Positions 11,553 to 23,564 of a DNA stretch of 64,000 nt are shown here, piece by piece. The stretch is taken from contig NC_092397.1 in the NCBI RefSeq assembly GCF_030028105.1, positions 12,663,271 through 12,727,270 on the forward strand, in the 5' to 3' direction. Each line of letters opens with the position of its first letter. Position 1 is the stretch's first letter. Below the pieces are notes generated by a model, which was not told the DNA's origin, made no database searches, and saw only the letters and a list, made by a program, of their open reading frames with translations. The position numbers were made by a program, and so were the translations under genes. Origin of the DNA: Mobula birostris (lineage: Eukaryota).

Positions 11553-12645
11553 GCCGACAATGGATCTCACTGATGTAGAGGAGGCTGCGTCAGGTGCACC
11601 AAACACAATAGACTACTCCAGCAGATTCGCAGGTGAAGTGCTGCCTCACCTGGAAGGACAGTTTGGGGCCCCCAGTGGAGGTGGCTGGGCAGGTTAGGCC
11701 AGTTGCAGGGATAAGTGCCTGAAGGGAGATTAGTGGGGAGGGATGAATGGACAAGCGAATTATAGAAGGAGCGATCCCTGTGGAAAGTGGATAACTGGGG
11801 GTGGTGGTGGGGTCAGTGGAAGTTGTGGAGGATGGTGTGTTGGGTGCGGAGGCTGATGGAGGGGTACGCAAGAACAAAATGGACTCCATCACTATTAAGG
11901 CAGCGGGAAGAGTGTGCGAGCGTGGATGATCGGGAAATGGAGGAGATGCGGGTGAGGGCAGCATCAATAGTGGAGGGGTGGGGAGCGGTTCTTTAAAGAA
12001 GGAGGACATCTCAGATGTCCTGGAATGGAAAGCCTCGTCCTGAAGCTGAAGAGACTGAGAAATGCAAATAGCACTTTTGCCGGAGACGGTGTGGGAAGAG
12101 TTATAGTCAACATAACCATGGGGATCAGCTTTATAAAAGATATCTGTTGATTGTTTGTGTACAGAGACAGAGAGAAGAAGAAAGGGGAGGGAGGTGTCGG
12201 AAATGAACCAAGTGAATGTAAGGGCCGGGTGGAAGTTAGAGCCAAGGTTGATAAAATTGAAGAGCTCGGCGTGGGTGCATGAAACGGCGCCAATGTTGTC
12301 GTCAGTGCCGCGAGGGAGGAGTTGGGGGTCAGAACCGGGGAAGCCTTCGAGCGTAGGCCGTTCTGTGCAACCGACATGAACGGGCAGGCATAGGTAGTGC
12401 CCGTGCCGGCGCCTTTGGCTACCCGTCAGGTTCGGAGAGACAGACAGGTGTGCGGACCGGGTCCGGCAGGCGGAGGAGGCTGGTGTTGGAATGGGATTGG
12501 GTGGTTCTTCTGTCAAGGAAGTAGCGGAAAGGCTTTGAAATCTTCCTGATTGGGGGTGCGGCTGGGGAGGACGGAGGAAGAAAGACTGAACATCCAAGGT
12601 GAAGTTGAGGTGGTCAGGGCCAGGCAATCGAAGGTTACGGAGAAG
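11553..12645 (-). mobile_element. Penelope-like element RT + GIY-YIG remnant
   Basis: FTLDVQS, NFINLGSNFHPALTFTWFISDTSLPFL, STDIFYK, YVDYNSSH, FQVRQHFTCESAGVVYCVWC and an LYISE-like motif; decayed. Confidence 0.85.
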
Positions 12646-13059
12646 AGAGAAGGCATGAAAACTGTAAAATAATACTAAGAGACCAGTGGGGGAAGACCCG
12701 AGAGCTCAAGCGGGATTAAAAACAAAAATGGTCCTTTGATGTACATTCTCTGATATAGACTTCGATCCCAGACCATTAAGAACTTTAAAAACAAGTAAGG
12801 AAACCTTAAGATCAATTCCAAAACATCCAGGAAGCCATTGCAGAGTAGGTCGGGCAGGAATGATGTTCTCTCTCAAAGTCTAGCAGTGGTGTTCTGAATG
12901 AATTGGTGCACAAAACGCCCTCCCGTCCACCGCTCCTCGTTTCAGAGGATGGTGCAAAGAAACACAGAAAAAAAGAAACAAAGCATCCAGTAAGTGGCTG
13001 TTCTGTGGGGAAAAACACCTTGCCCATCAGTGGTTGGAGTGGTAGGGCCTATACTGGAG

Positions 13060-13466
13060 TTGGGGTATATGGCAAGTATTAATTTGACCAGCGACGAATC
13101 TGCAGACCTGAACATGGATTGTAGATTGAATTCAAAGTGCAGTCTGGAACAATAACTCTCCCTGAGCTGTGCGCTGGAGTCGATTGCAAACCGGACAACG
13201 CTGATTAACACACATTGTGGGTGTCTGGAGTGTGGGTGCGAAGAGGGAGGTGATTGAAAACTACATGTAATCTAAAGGAAGAACTGTAGATACACTGTAA
13301 CCATAGAATGGTCCTGCTCTTGCTTTGATCTTTGGCATATAAAAATGTCACAGAGTATTGGGTCGTGAGGTCTCTTCCCCCGAGAGCGTCTCATTTTGTT
13401 GAATAAAAATCTTTTGTATCCACCAGCTTCATTCAGTGTCTCTGTGGCAACTTTGTTCTCGTTACA
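13060..13466 (+). mobile_element. LTR-like sequence (putative ERV/LTR-retrotransposon LTR), preceded by a possible env remnant
   Basis: TATAAAA at 13338, AATAAA at 13402, and a TTACA end at 13466 exactly where the Tc1 remnant is cut. Inverted copies at about 22777-23165, 44551-44955 and 49364-49770. The 5' end is uncertain. Confidence 0.45.
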
Positions 13467-13909
13467 AGAGGAGAATGGCCAGACTGGTTCAAATAACCAG
13501 GTCTTACAACAGTGGTGTGCAGAAGAGCATCTCTGAACACACAACACGTCGAACCTCGAAGTGGACGGTCTACAGCAGAAGATCATGAACATACACTCAG
13601 CGGCCACTTTTTTAGATACAGGAGGCACCTGATGTAGTGGCCATTGAGTGTACAAGACATTCGATAAGCTGTAGTGAAAGCTAAAGTGAAATTTATTATC
13701 AGGGTCACGACATACAACCCTGAGATTCATTTTCCTGCGGGAATACTCAGCAAATCCATAGAATAGTAACCGTAAACTGGATCAGTGAAAGATCAACCGG
13801 AGTGCACAACAAACTGTGTAAATGCAAATATCAATAAATAACGAAAACATGAGATATGAGATATAAAGTGATATCATTGGTTGTAGGGGCATCTCAATAG
13901 ATGAGTGTA

Positions 13910-14307
13910 GTTATCCACTTTTGTTGGAGACCCTGATGGTTGAGGGGTAGTAACTACTCCTGAACCTCGTGGTGTGAGTCCTGAGGCTCTTGTGCCATCT
14001 ACCTGACAGCTAGTAAGAGACTTGAAAGTGGGAAGGGGTGGGGGAGATTCAAAATGATGGAGAAAACAGGAGGGGGAGGGATGGAGCCAAGAGTTGACCA
14101 GACAGCAGCGAGAGGAGAGCATGGCCTGGGTGGTGGGGGTCTGATGATGGATGCTGCTTGCCTCCGATGGCAATGTTTCATGTAGACGTGCTCAATGGAT
14201 GGGAGGGCTTTACCCGTGATGGACTGGGACGAATCCACTACATTTTGTAGGATTTTCCACTCGAAGGTTTTGGTGTTCCCATGCCAGGCTGTAATGCAGC
14301 CAGTCAT
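13910..14307 (-). mobile_element. Rex1/Babar ORF2 C-terminal remnant with a 90-bp insertion
   Basis: Same as 449-751, interrupted at 14011-14100. Confidence 0.75.
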
Positions 14308-14591
14308 GTCGTTGATTCATATAGTTTTAAAACCATAAGGTATAGGAGAAAAATTAGGCCTTCGAGTTTGCTGCGTCATTTCATCTATATTTCCTATCAG
14401 CCCCCAATCGCCTACCTCCTTCGCCTCCGCATCTCATCCTTTCCTGTCCTGACCAATCAAGAATCTATCAATCTCTGCCTTAAATAAACATAAAGACTTG
14501 GGCTCCAAAGCCTCCTCTGGCAAAGAATTCCAAAGAATCGCTCTGGCTAAAGAAATTACTCATCACCCTTCTCAGAGGTCAGCGCTCTATT

Positions 14592-14832
14592 GTCCAGCTC
14601 TTGGCTCCATCCCTCCCCCTCCTGTCTTCTCCATCATTTTGAATCTCCCCCACCACTTCCCACTTTCAAATCTCTTACTAGCTCCTCCTACAGTTAGCCT
14701 GACAAAAGGTCTCGGCCAGAAACGTCGACTGTACCTCTTCCTAGAAATGCTGCCTGGCCTGCTGCGTTCACCAGCAACTTTGATGTGTGTTGCTTGAATT
14801 TCCAGAATCTGCAGAATTCTTCGTGTTTGCAT
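14592..14832 (+). mobile_element. Penelope-like pseudo-LTR fragment in a B-cassette 3'UTR
   Basis: Matches the repeat at 1272-1572 in inverted orientation; the hammerhead core is mutated (CTGACAA). Confidence 0.7.
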
Positions 14833-15069
14833 ATATATATATACATTTTCGGCTTAATTATACAATTATGGTAATAAATGGTGAGCCGTTAAGTTGTAAC
14901 ACAGATAGTACCGAACGTAGAGCGTACAGCGGTCGAGGACAGAGGCGGGTTACTTGGCCCCTCGATGTCCATGACGAGCGATTATACAGGAGTTCCAACT
15001 CAAACTTGGTGTCTGTCAGAGAGAGAAGGAGAGATAGTGGCCCGGGGAATGCATGTTAGTGAGAGAGTG

Positions 15070-15106
<37 letters not shown>

Positions 15107-15193
15107 AAAGTGCTGGTTTAGTATCCGTTTGACCTGGGGACAGGAGTATTGCTTCAGCAGAGCTGTGTGCACCGCAGGGGTCCTACACTCCGG

Positions 15194-15294
15194 TCACTTT
15201 GTCACCCTGACGCACAGCTCTTCAATCATCTGCACGCTCCCGAGCCACGGGCGGTCCCAGACTTTAAATCTACAGCTGTTTCCATGCGGAGAGA

Positions 15295-15328
<34 letters not shown>

Positions 15329-15489
15329 ACTGGAGCCAGTAGAGATTCCCCGCCGGTACACCGACAGATTGATGAAACCTCCCTCTCTCCCGCTGACCAG
15401 CGTCGCACAGTTCGATCACCTAGGCATGTAGAGGACTCCTGTGGAAGGGACAGTCCGGGATATCAAGCGCAGTCTTCTTGCAGGTGGGG
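15194..15489 (-). pseudogene. Cystatin B-type exon 2(partial)/3 fragment (B-a)
   Basis: TCKKTALDIPDCPFHRSPLHA* (premature TAG), then an exon 3 remnant CRFKVWDRPWLG...CVRVTK*. 5'-truncated by a junction to Penelope sequence. Confidence 0.85.
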
Positions 15490-16639
15490 ACGGGTGAGTG
15501 GGAGAGAGGAAGGAACCAGAGGGGAGGGGAGAGTGGACCATAGGGAAGGGATGGAGGAGGGGACCCTGGTGGAGGTAATAAGAAGTGAATGGACAGAGTT
15601 GGGAAGATGAAGAAGGGGGTGGGGAACGTTTCCATACCACAAGGAGAAAATTAATATTGATGACATTGTGGTGAAGCTTCCGAGACGGAATATAAGGTGT
15701 TGTTTCTCCACCCTGAGGGTAACCTCATTTTGGCACATACCGGCCTTGGACCGACAAGCCAGAACGGAAACGGGCATGGGAATCGGAATTAAACGTTTTG
15801 GCCACGACGAGTCCCGCTTGCGGCAGACGGGGGTGGAGGTGGTGCAGGTGCTGGAAGTGGCCCCCTAATTTCCTACGGTGTTGACAGTTTGTCAACTGAA
15901 CCAGGCAGGGAAACTCACCACGTAACTTGTAATTAGTCGAAGCTTGCAGTTTTTCGCCTCTACAGGAACAGCAATGTAACAGGCTAACAACTTAAAACAT
16001 GAATTCTAATCTTCGTTGTGAACCAATACTCATTCAAACCGCTCCTCCACTTCTAATCACAACAATCGGGAATCTCCCATTGTTCAGAAGATAGATCCTC
16101 TTTTTCCCAGCCCCTGGCATGCAATTTCTTCCTTGCGATGATGACTCTTCGAGGTCATCGCTATGATGCATTTGAAGCCTCTGCTTTCTTTTCATTCCAT
16201 TCCAGTTGAAATGTTGCTTTCAGTGTCAGTGTCATCTGACTGTCCGATAACACCTTCCTACGGGATCTAGTCAGACAGCTACACAGCTTCTCTAGTCTCC
16301 TTCGATTCTTGTTCAAACCAGGTCACTTAGACAGTGGGTCGACGTAACGAGACGACTTCTGCAAAGCGGCCATTGTACTCAATACACAGCTTATCTGAGG
16401 ATGTTCTCAGGTTTAGCAGAAACTCATTGTCACAACGTTCAATTGCTGTGATTCGATTACCCCTGAGGATTAATCAGTTCTCGAACAGTTCACAAGATGG
16501 AGGCTAGAGGGCAGCCTCACAAAATGGCGGACTCCCTTCCGTCAAGCACATGGCAAGAAGAAGGACAATTAGTTTGTCTTTTTCCACTAACCTCCACTCA
16601 TTCGAGTTTGACACTTTCTTCTACATTTTCACTCCCCCA

Positions 16640-17405
16640 CGGCCGACAATGGGTCTCACCAATGTCAAGGAGACTGCGTCAGGCGCACCAAACACAATGG
16701 ACGACTCCAGCAGATTCGCAGGTGAAGTGCTGCCTCACCTGGAAGGACAGTTTGGAGTCCTCATTGGAGGTGACTGGGCTGGTTAGGCCACTTGCAGCGG
16801 TAAGTGCCTGGAAGGAGATTAGTGGGGAGGAATGAATGGGCAATGGAATTATGGAGGGAACGATCCCTGTGGAAGGTGGAGTGTTCGTTGGGGGGGTGGC
16901 AGTGGAAGTTGTGGAGGATGATGTGTTGGGTGCGGAGCTGATGGAGAGGTAGAGAAGAACGGAAGGGACTCCATCACTATTAAGACAGCGGGAAGATGGT
17001 GTGAGCGTGAATGATCGGGAAATGGAGGAGATGCGGGTAAAAACAGCATCAATACTGGTGGGAGTGGGCCCGTTCTTTAAAGAAGGAGAACATCTCTGAT
17101 ATCCTGGAATGGAAAGCCTCGTCCTGAAGGTGAAGAGACTAGGAAGAGCAAATACTATTTTTCCCAGAGACCGGGTGGGAAGAGTTATAGTCACGATAAC
17201 CATGGGGATCAGGTTTATAAAAGGTATCAGTTGACTGTTTGTATACAGAGACAGAGAGAACAGGAAAGGGGAGGGGTGGTGTCAGAAATTAACCAAGTGA
17301 ATGTAAGGGCCAGGTGGAAGTTAGAGCCAAAGTTGATAAAATTGACGAGCTCAGCCTGGGTCCACGAAACGGCGTCGATGTTGTTGTCAGTGTCGCGAGG
17401 GAGGA
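16640..17405 (-). mobile_element. Penelope-like RT/GIY-YIG remnant (partial duplicate)
   Basis: AELVNFINFGSNFHLALTFTWLISDT; FQVRQHFTCESAGVVHCVWC. Confidence 0.8.
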
Positions 17406-17887
17406 GGACAACATTGTTCCCGTTACAAGAGGAGAATGGCCAGACTGGTTCAAGCTGACAGGTAGGGGACAGTAACTCAATCACCGCACGTTACAACAGT
17501 GGTGTGCAGAAGAGCATCTCTGAACACACAACACGTCGAACCTTGAAGTGGACGGGCTACAGCAGAAGATCATGAACAGACAGTCAGAGGTCATCTTTTC
17601 AGATACAGGAGGCACCTGTTGTAGTGGCCATTGAGTGTACAATACACTCGATAAGCAGTAGTCAAAGCTAACGTGGAAGTTATTTTCAGGTTCTCGACAT
17701 ACAACCCTGCCGGCATACTCAGCAAATCCATAGAACAGTAATTGTAAACTGGATCAGTGAAAGATCAACCAGAGTGCAGAAGACAACAAACTGCAAATGC
17801 AAATATAAATAAATAACGAGAACATGAGATAAGGAGTCCTTAAATTGAGATCATTTGTTGTGGGGACATCTCAATAGATGAGTGCAG

Positions 17888-18193
17888 TTATTCCCTTTTG
17901 TTCAAGTGCCTGATGGTTGAGGGGTAGTAACTGTTCCTGATGCTGGTGGTGCGAGTCCTGTGGCTCCTGTTTCTTCTACCTGATGGCAGCAGCGAGAGGA
18001 GAGCACGGCCTGGGTGATGCGGGTCTCTGGTGATGGACGCTGCTTTTCTACGATGGCAAAGATTGATGTAGATGTGCTCAATGGTGGGGAGGGCTTTACC
18101 CGTGATGTACTGGGCTGAATCCGCTACCTTTTGCGGGATTTTCCACTCAAAGGTTTTGGTGTTCCCATACCAGGCTGTGATGCAGCCCGTCAT
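17888..18193 (-). mobile_element. Rex1/Babar ORF2 C-terminal remnant
   Basis: TGCITAWYGN...KAASITRDPHHPGRALLSLLPSGRR. Confidence 0.8.
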
Positions 18194-18877
18194 GTCCTTG
18201 ATTCATATAGTTTCAGACCATAATTTCATCCATTTTCCCTGTCAGCCCCCAATCTCCTACCTCCTTCTCCTCCCCCCATCCCTTCATGCACTGACCAATC
18301 AATAATCTATCAATCCCTGCCTTAAATAAACATAAAGACTTGGCCTCCACAGCCGCCTTTGGCAAAGTATTCCAAAGAATCGCTCTGGTAAAGAAATTAC
18401 TCATCAGCTTTCTCAAAGATCGGCGCCCTATTCTTAGACACTCCCGCCACGTTTGAAATTGCACCGCTGATTGAGACCCGCCGCTCCGATCAAGGTGCAG
18501 GGTCTAACCGCGATCGCCGAGCTCACTACAGCCCGTGGTGGTCAGTGCTGGGGCGACCTCATTCACTGAGTTACCCTGTTAACATTGCAAACACAGGCAG
18601 ACTCAGAATGCAAAAAGTTTATTGCGCAAGAATAATTTAAAAAACATAGTTGCGGCTTAATTACGCAATTATGGTAATAACTGGTGAGCCGGTGAGTTGA
18701 AACACAGATAGTACCGAACGCAGAGCGTACAGCGGTCGAGGACAGGAGCGGGTTACTTGGCCCCTCGATGTCCATGACGAGCGATTGTACAGGAGTTCCA
18801 ACTCAAACTTAGTGTGTGTGTGAGAGAGAAAGAGAGATAGCGGCCCAAGGAATATATGTTAGTGAGAGAGTGCACGT

Positions 18878-18916
<39 letters not shown>

Positions 18917-19002
18917 AAGTGCTGTGATAGTATCCTTTTGACCTGGGGTCAGTGGTATAGCTTCAGCAGAGCTGTGTGCACCGCAGGAGTCTTAGAGTCC
19001 GG

Positions 19003-19318
19003 TCACCTCGCCACCCTGACGCACTGCTTTTCAATCATCTGTACGGGCCCGAGCCATGTGCGGTCCCGGACTTTAAATCTACAGCTGAATCTCTGCGCAG
19101 AGAGAGAAAAAATACTGGAACCAGTAGAGTTTCCCCGCCGGTACCCCGGCAGATGCATGAAACCTCCTTCTCTCCCGCGGACCAGCGTCACACAGTTCGA
19201 TCACCTTGGGATATAGAGGACTCCCGTGGAAGGGAACGTCCGGGATATCAAGCGCACTCTTCTTGCAAATGGGAGTCCTCAGCTCCTGGGACAGACGGTA
19301 AATTATCCGCTCCACACT
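19003..19318 (-). pseudogene. Exon-1-less cystatin cassette B-b; exons 19318-19205 and 19092-19003
   Basis: SVERIIYRLSQELRTPICKKSALDIPDVPFHGSPLYPK / RFSCRFKVRDRTWLGPVQMIEKQCVRVAR*. Splice sites are intact, the second Cys is lost, and there is no exon 1. Confidence 0.8.
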
Positions 19319-20924
19319 CTGGAAGAGCACTCTACCGTCAGAGGGGCGGTGAATGATGAAAACATCTACACCGGGCGACTGGGGTATGGTATCGACTGGG
19401 CCGTGGTGGCACAGCCAGTGCCCGGGCTCGATGGGGAGGGACCACAGTCTGGGCTCCTGATACAACTCTAGTGAAGAAAACCCCTCCAAACCTCTGTAAA
19501 AGGGTGTGCATGTATCCGGCCGGGAGGGTACGGCGAGTGGCCACCCATCACCTCCTCTCTGCTGTTCAGCCTCCACCACCCCGACCCCACGTCCCCTGCA
19601 CATGAACTCTACTGTGGGAGCACCGCTCCCCCTCCTTCAACATCTCCACACACTCCAACAATCCCCCGGCTCCCCGACTCGTTCTCTCCTTCACTCCTAT
19701 CCGACCCTCCTCTCCACAGCGCTCGCCCTTCCCTCCTATCTCTTCCCCCCTTCCTCCCCAAACTCCATTTCATCTTCCACCCGACCCCTTCTCCCTAAAC
19801 CCCTCACTAATCGACACGAAAAATGGTGTAGGAACCCAACATCTATGCAAAGGAATAAACAGCCGCCGTTTCGGGCCGGGACACTTCATCCGGGCTGGAG
19901 AGGAGGGGGAAGAGGCCAGAAGATAAAAACATGATGTGGAAATGAGGATAAGATCAAAGGCGACGGGTGAAGCCAGGTGGGCCGGGGGCAGAGGAAGGAA
20001 TGCATCTTTTCCCTTCGGGGATGAAACCGCAGTGTGGTCTGGATATCGTAGCCGCTGACGACGAGCCTGACGATGGTAAGTTCAGATCGAGAAGCTAAGT
20101 GACAGGATGAATTGGATTTTGGCAAGAACTGAGTCGTGGGTAACGGGTTGGGATGAGGAGGTGAAGGACATTAGGACAGGGGTTGAAGATATTGTCGACG
20201 TTAAGGTAATGAACACTTTCATGTCTGACTGTGACAAAAGTCTTCACCCGGTTAGATTGACAGACTTCATAAAACTCAGATCTGGAGTGTTGCGTATAGT
20301 TCTGATCCTCCCACGAGAGGAAGGACGTTGAGGCTTTGGAGAGTGTTCCTGATTAGAACCTGAAACAGTACATTTTTCATGATGAATACACTTTATAAGG
20401 CCGTGAGATATAAAGGCAGAATTAGGCCATTTGGCCCGTGGAATCTGCTCCGCCATTTCCTCATTTTCCCTCCCAGCCCCCAATCTCCTGCCTTCTCCCC
20501 GTGTTACTTCAAACCCTGACCAGTCAAGAATCTATCAATCTCTGTCTTAAACATACAGACGTTTCGGGCCGAGGCCCTTCGGCAGGACTATGGAAAAGAG
20601 AAGTTTTGGGCCAAGATCTTTCTTCAGCATTGAGAAGGAAGGGGAAAGACGTCTGGATAAGAACCTGGAGGGAGGGGAAGGACGCTTTCTGGACGGTGAT
20701 AGGTGAAGGTCAAGTCTTTATGTTTATTAAAGGCAGAGATTGAAAGATTATTGATTGATAGATTATTGATTCCTCAGTGCATGAAGGGATGGGGGGCATA
20801 AAAGGGGGTAGGAGATTGGGGGCTGATTGGGATAATGGATGAAATGTCGCAGCAGACTCGACGGGCCAAATGGCCTAATTTTGCTCCTATATCTTATGGT
20901 CTTAAAACTATATTCACCAAGGAG

Positions 20925-22300
20925 GTGGCTGGCTGCATCGCAGCCTGACATGGGAACACCAAAACCTTTGAGTGGAAAATCCCACAGAAGGCAGTGGATT
21001 GGTCCGGGTCCATCTAATAACGTACTGTACCACTAGAGCTCTCATGCTCTGTCTGTCTGTTTGTGACCTCCAATTAGCGCAAACAGTGCATTACAGCGGC
21101 ACTTTCTTGGCTAAATAGAATTAAAATACGCTAACTTACAGAATGCAGGCAAAGTTCCGGGTTACATATTAGTAAAAAATTGCTCATTCGCAAAAATCAA
21201 CGGACTGGCTTTCACTCGAGACCCGATCAGCAATCATGGAAATCGGGACGCAACAGCCCGACGCATGCGCACGGCCAGCCTCTGCAGTGACACCTACCGG
21301 AGCAAAAGGGCAGGGCAGCTCTATTTCGAGGGGTCACATTCTGCTAATCACCACCAGCATGTGCAGGATTGGGACAGATCGAACCGCCACCCATCAGTAA
21401 GAGATAATTAAATCTTATTGTAATGACGTATTTCGAGACACCCATAAAACCCTTTGCTGCAGTCAAAGGACAGCGGTGACTATATCACATCCATTTAGGA
21501 GAGCGCCAACAACGTCATCAAGAATAATCTACATCCTTTGGTGTTACTGCTTCGTATCTTCTATCCCGCATTAGGGTAAAAAAAAATGGGCAGCCTAATT
21601 ATGCCGCGAGAAAACGGAGGGGTGACATTATGGTCAATAGATGACGCCAAACGTCGTCGGGAAGCGCCAAGGAGAGGGAGACAACAAGAATCGGATGAGG
21701 CCAGGGTCGCATGACTCCAAGATCAAAGAGACAGGACAAAAACAGATGAGAGAAGAAGAGACAGAAGAGGAGAGGCATGCACGACTCCAGGATTAGAGAC
21801 AACAACAAAAGCAGAAGAGATGAAGAGACGACGGATGAAAGGACTGAGCATCTCCAGAATGACAACGAGAGGCAGATGAACCAGAAATGATGCCATCAAG
21901 TGTCCTTCATTAATCGAGGAGTAACTATATCTGCTTTCCTACGCGTCGTCCTTCTTTAATAAACTGAGGTTTTCTACTTCAGTTTCCAAAGCAAAGCGAT
22001 ACCAATAGCATTCAGGAAAATTTACTGTTCATTCTGGTCACATCACACCGCACCACCCTTCTCTCAAAGGGTGTCCCAATGGGTCACCCCGTTGTCTAGT
22101 CACCGGTAAAGCCCTCCCAAGCATTGAGCAATCTGCATGAAACGCTGTTGTAGAAAAGCTGACTCCATCATCAGAGATCCCCATCACACAGGCCGTGTTC
22201 TCTTCATCAGGCAGAAGGTACAAGAGCCTCAGGACTCACACCACCAGGTACAGGATCAGTTACTACCCCTCAAACATCAGGCTCTCGAACAGAAGGAGAT
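20925..22300 (+). mobile_element. Rex1/Babar remnant split by a Helitron insertion
   Basis: 20925-21012 and 22100-22300 rejoin to ...GTCCA|TCACCGGTAAAGCCCTCCC, as in the uninterrupted copy at 43877-43900. Confidence 0.75.
21013..22099 (+). mobile_element. Non-autonomous Helitron, 1087 bp
   Basis: 5'-TC...CTAG-3', inserted between host A and T with no TSD. GC-rich hairpin GGGTGTCCC-AAT-GGGTCACCC at 22069-22089, 10 nt from the end. Decayed 23-aa repeat ORF at 21601-21890. Confidence 0.9.
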
Positions 22301-23564
22301 GACTACATTCATCTATTGAGATGCCCCCACAACTAATGATCTCACTTTAAGGACCCTTTATCTCATGTTCTCGTTATTTATTGATATTTGCATTTGCAGT
22401 TTGTTGTCTTCTGGACTCTGGTTGATCTTTAATTGATCCAGTTTACAGTTACTACTCTATAGATTTGCTGAGTATGCCTGCAGGAAAATGAATCTCAGTG
22501 TTGTATGTCGTGACTCTGATAATAAATTTAATTTTTGGTTTGAGTACTGCTCATTGAATGTCTTGTACACTCAATGGCCACTACATCAGGTGCCTCCTGT
22601 ATCTAAAAAAATGGCCACTGAGCGTATGTCATGATCTGCTGCTGTAGCCCGTTAACTTCAAGGTTCGGTGTGTTGTGTGTTCAGAGATGCTCTGTTGCAC
22701 ACCACTGTTGTAACGGGTGGTTATATGAGTTACTGTCGCCTTCTTGTCAGCTTGAACCAGTCTGGCCATTCTCCTCTTGTAACGTGAACAAAGTTACCAG
22801 AGAGACACTGAATGAAGCTGGTTTTATGAAGAGTTTTATCCAACAAAATGAGACGCTTTGGAGGAAGAGGCCTGCTGACCCTTTACTCTGTGAAATTTTT
22901 ATATGCCAAAGATCAAAGGAATGAGCAGGACCATTCTATAGTTACAATGCATCTACCGTGCTTCCTTTAGATTGCATGTACTTTTCAATCACCTCCCACA
23001 TCGCGCCGACAATGTCTGTTAATCAGCATTGCCCGGTTTGCAATCGTCTCCAGCGCACGGCTCAAGGAGACCTATTATTCGGGACTGCACTTTGAATTCA
23101 ATCTACAATCCACGTTCAGGTCTGAAGATTGGTCGCTGGTGAAATTACTATATGCGATATACCCCAACTCCAGAATACGCCCTACCACTCCAACCACACA
23201 TGAGCAAGGTGTTTTTGCCCACTAAACAACCACTTACTGGATGTTTTCTTTCTGTTTTTCTGGGGGGTTTTTGCACTTTTCTCGGCAACGAGGAATCCGT
23301 GCGCAAAATCATTCAGAACACCACTGCTAGACTTTGAGAGAGAACATCATTCCTGCCCGACCTACTCTGCAATGGCTTCCTGGATGTTTTGGAATTGATT
23401 TTAGGGTTTCCTTACTTGTTTTTAAAGTCCTTAATCGTCTGGGATCGAAGTCTATATCAGAGAATGTACATCAAAGGACCATTTATGTTTTTAATCCCGC
23501 TTGAGCTCTCGAGTCTTTTCCCACTGGACTCTTAGTATTATTTTACAGTTCTCATACCCTCTCT

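Noticed and set aside
11590-12627. 345-aa ORF as a functional reverse transcriptase
   Set aside because: A mosaic of frames with catalytic motifs degraded; a decayed Penelope-like remnant.
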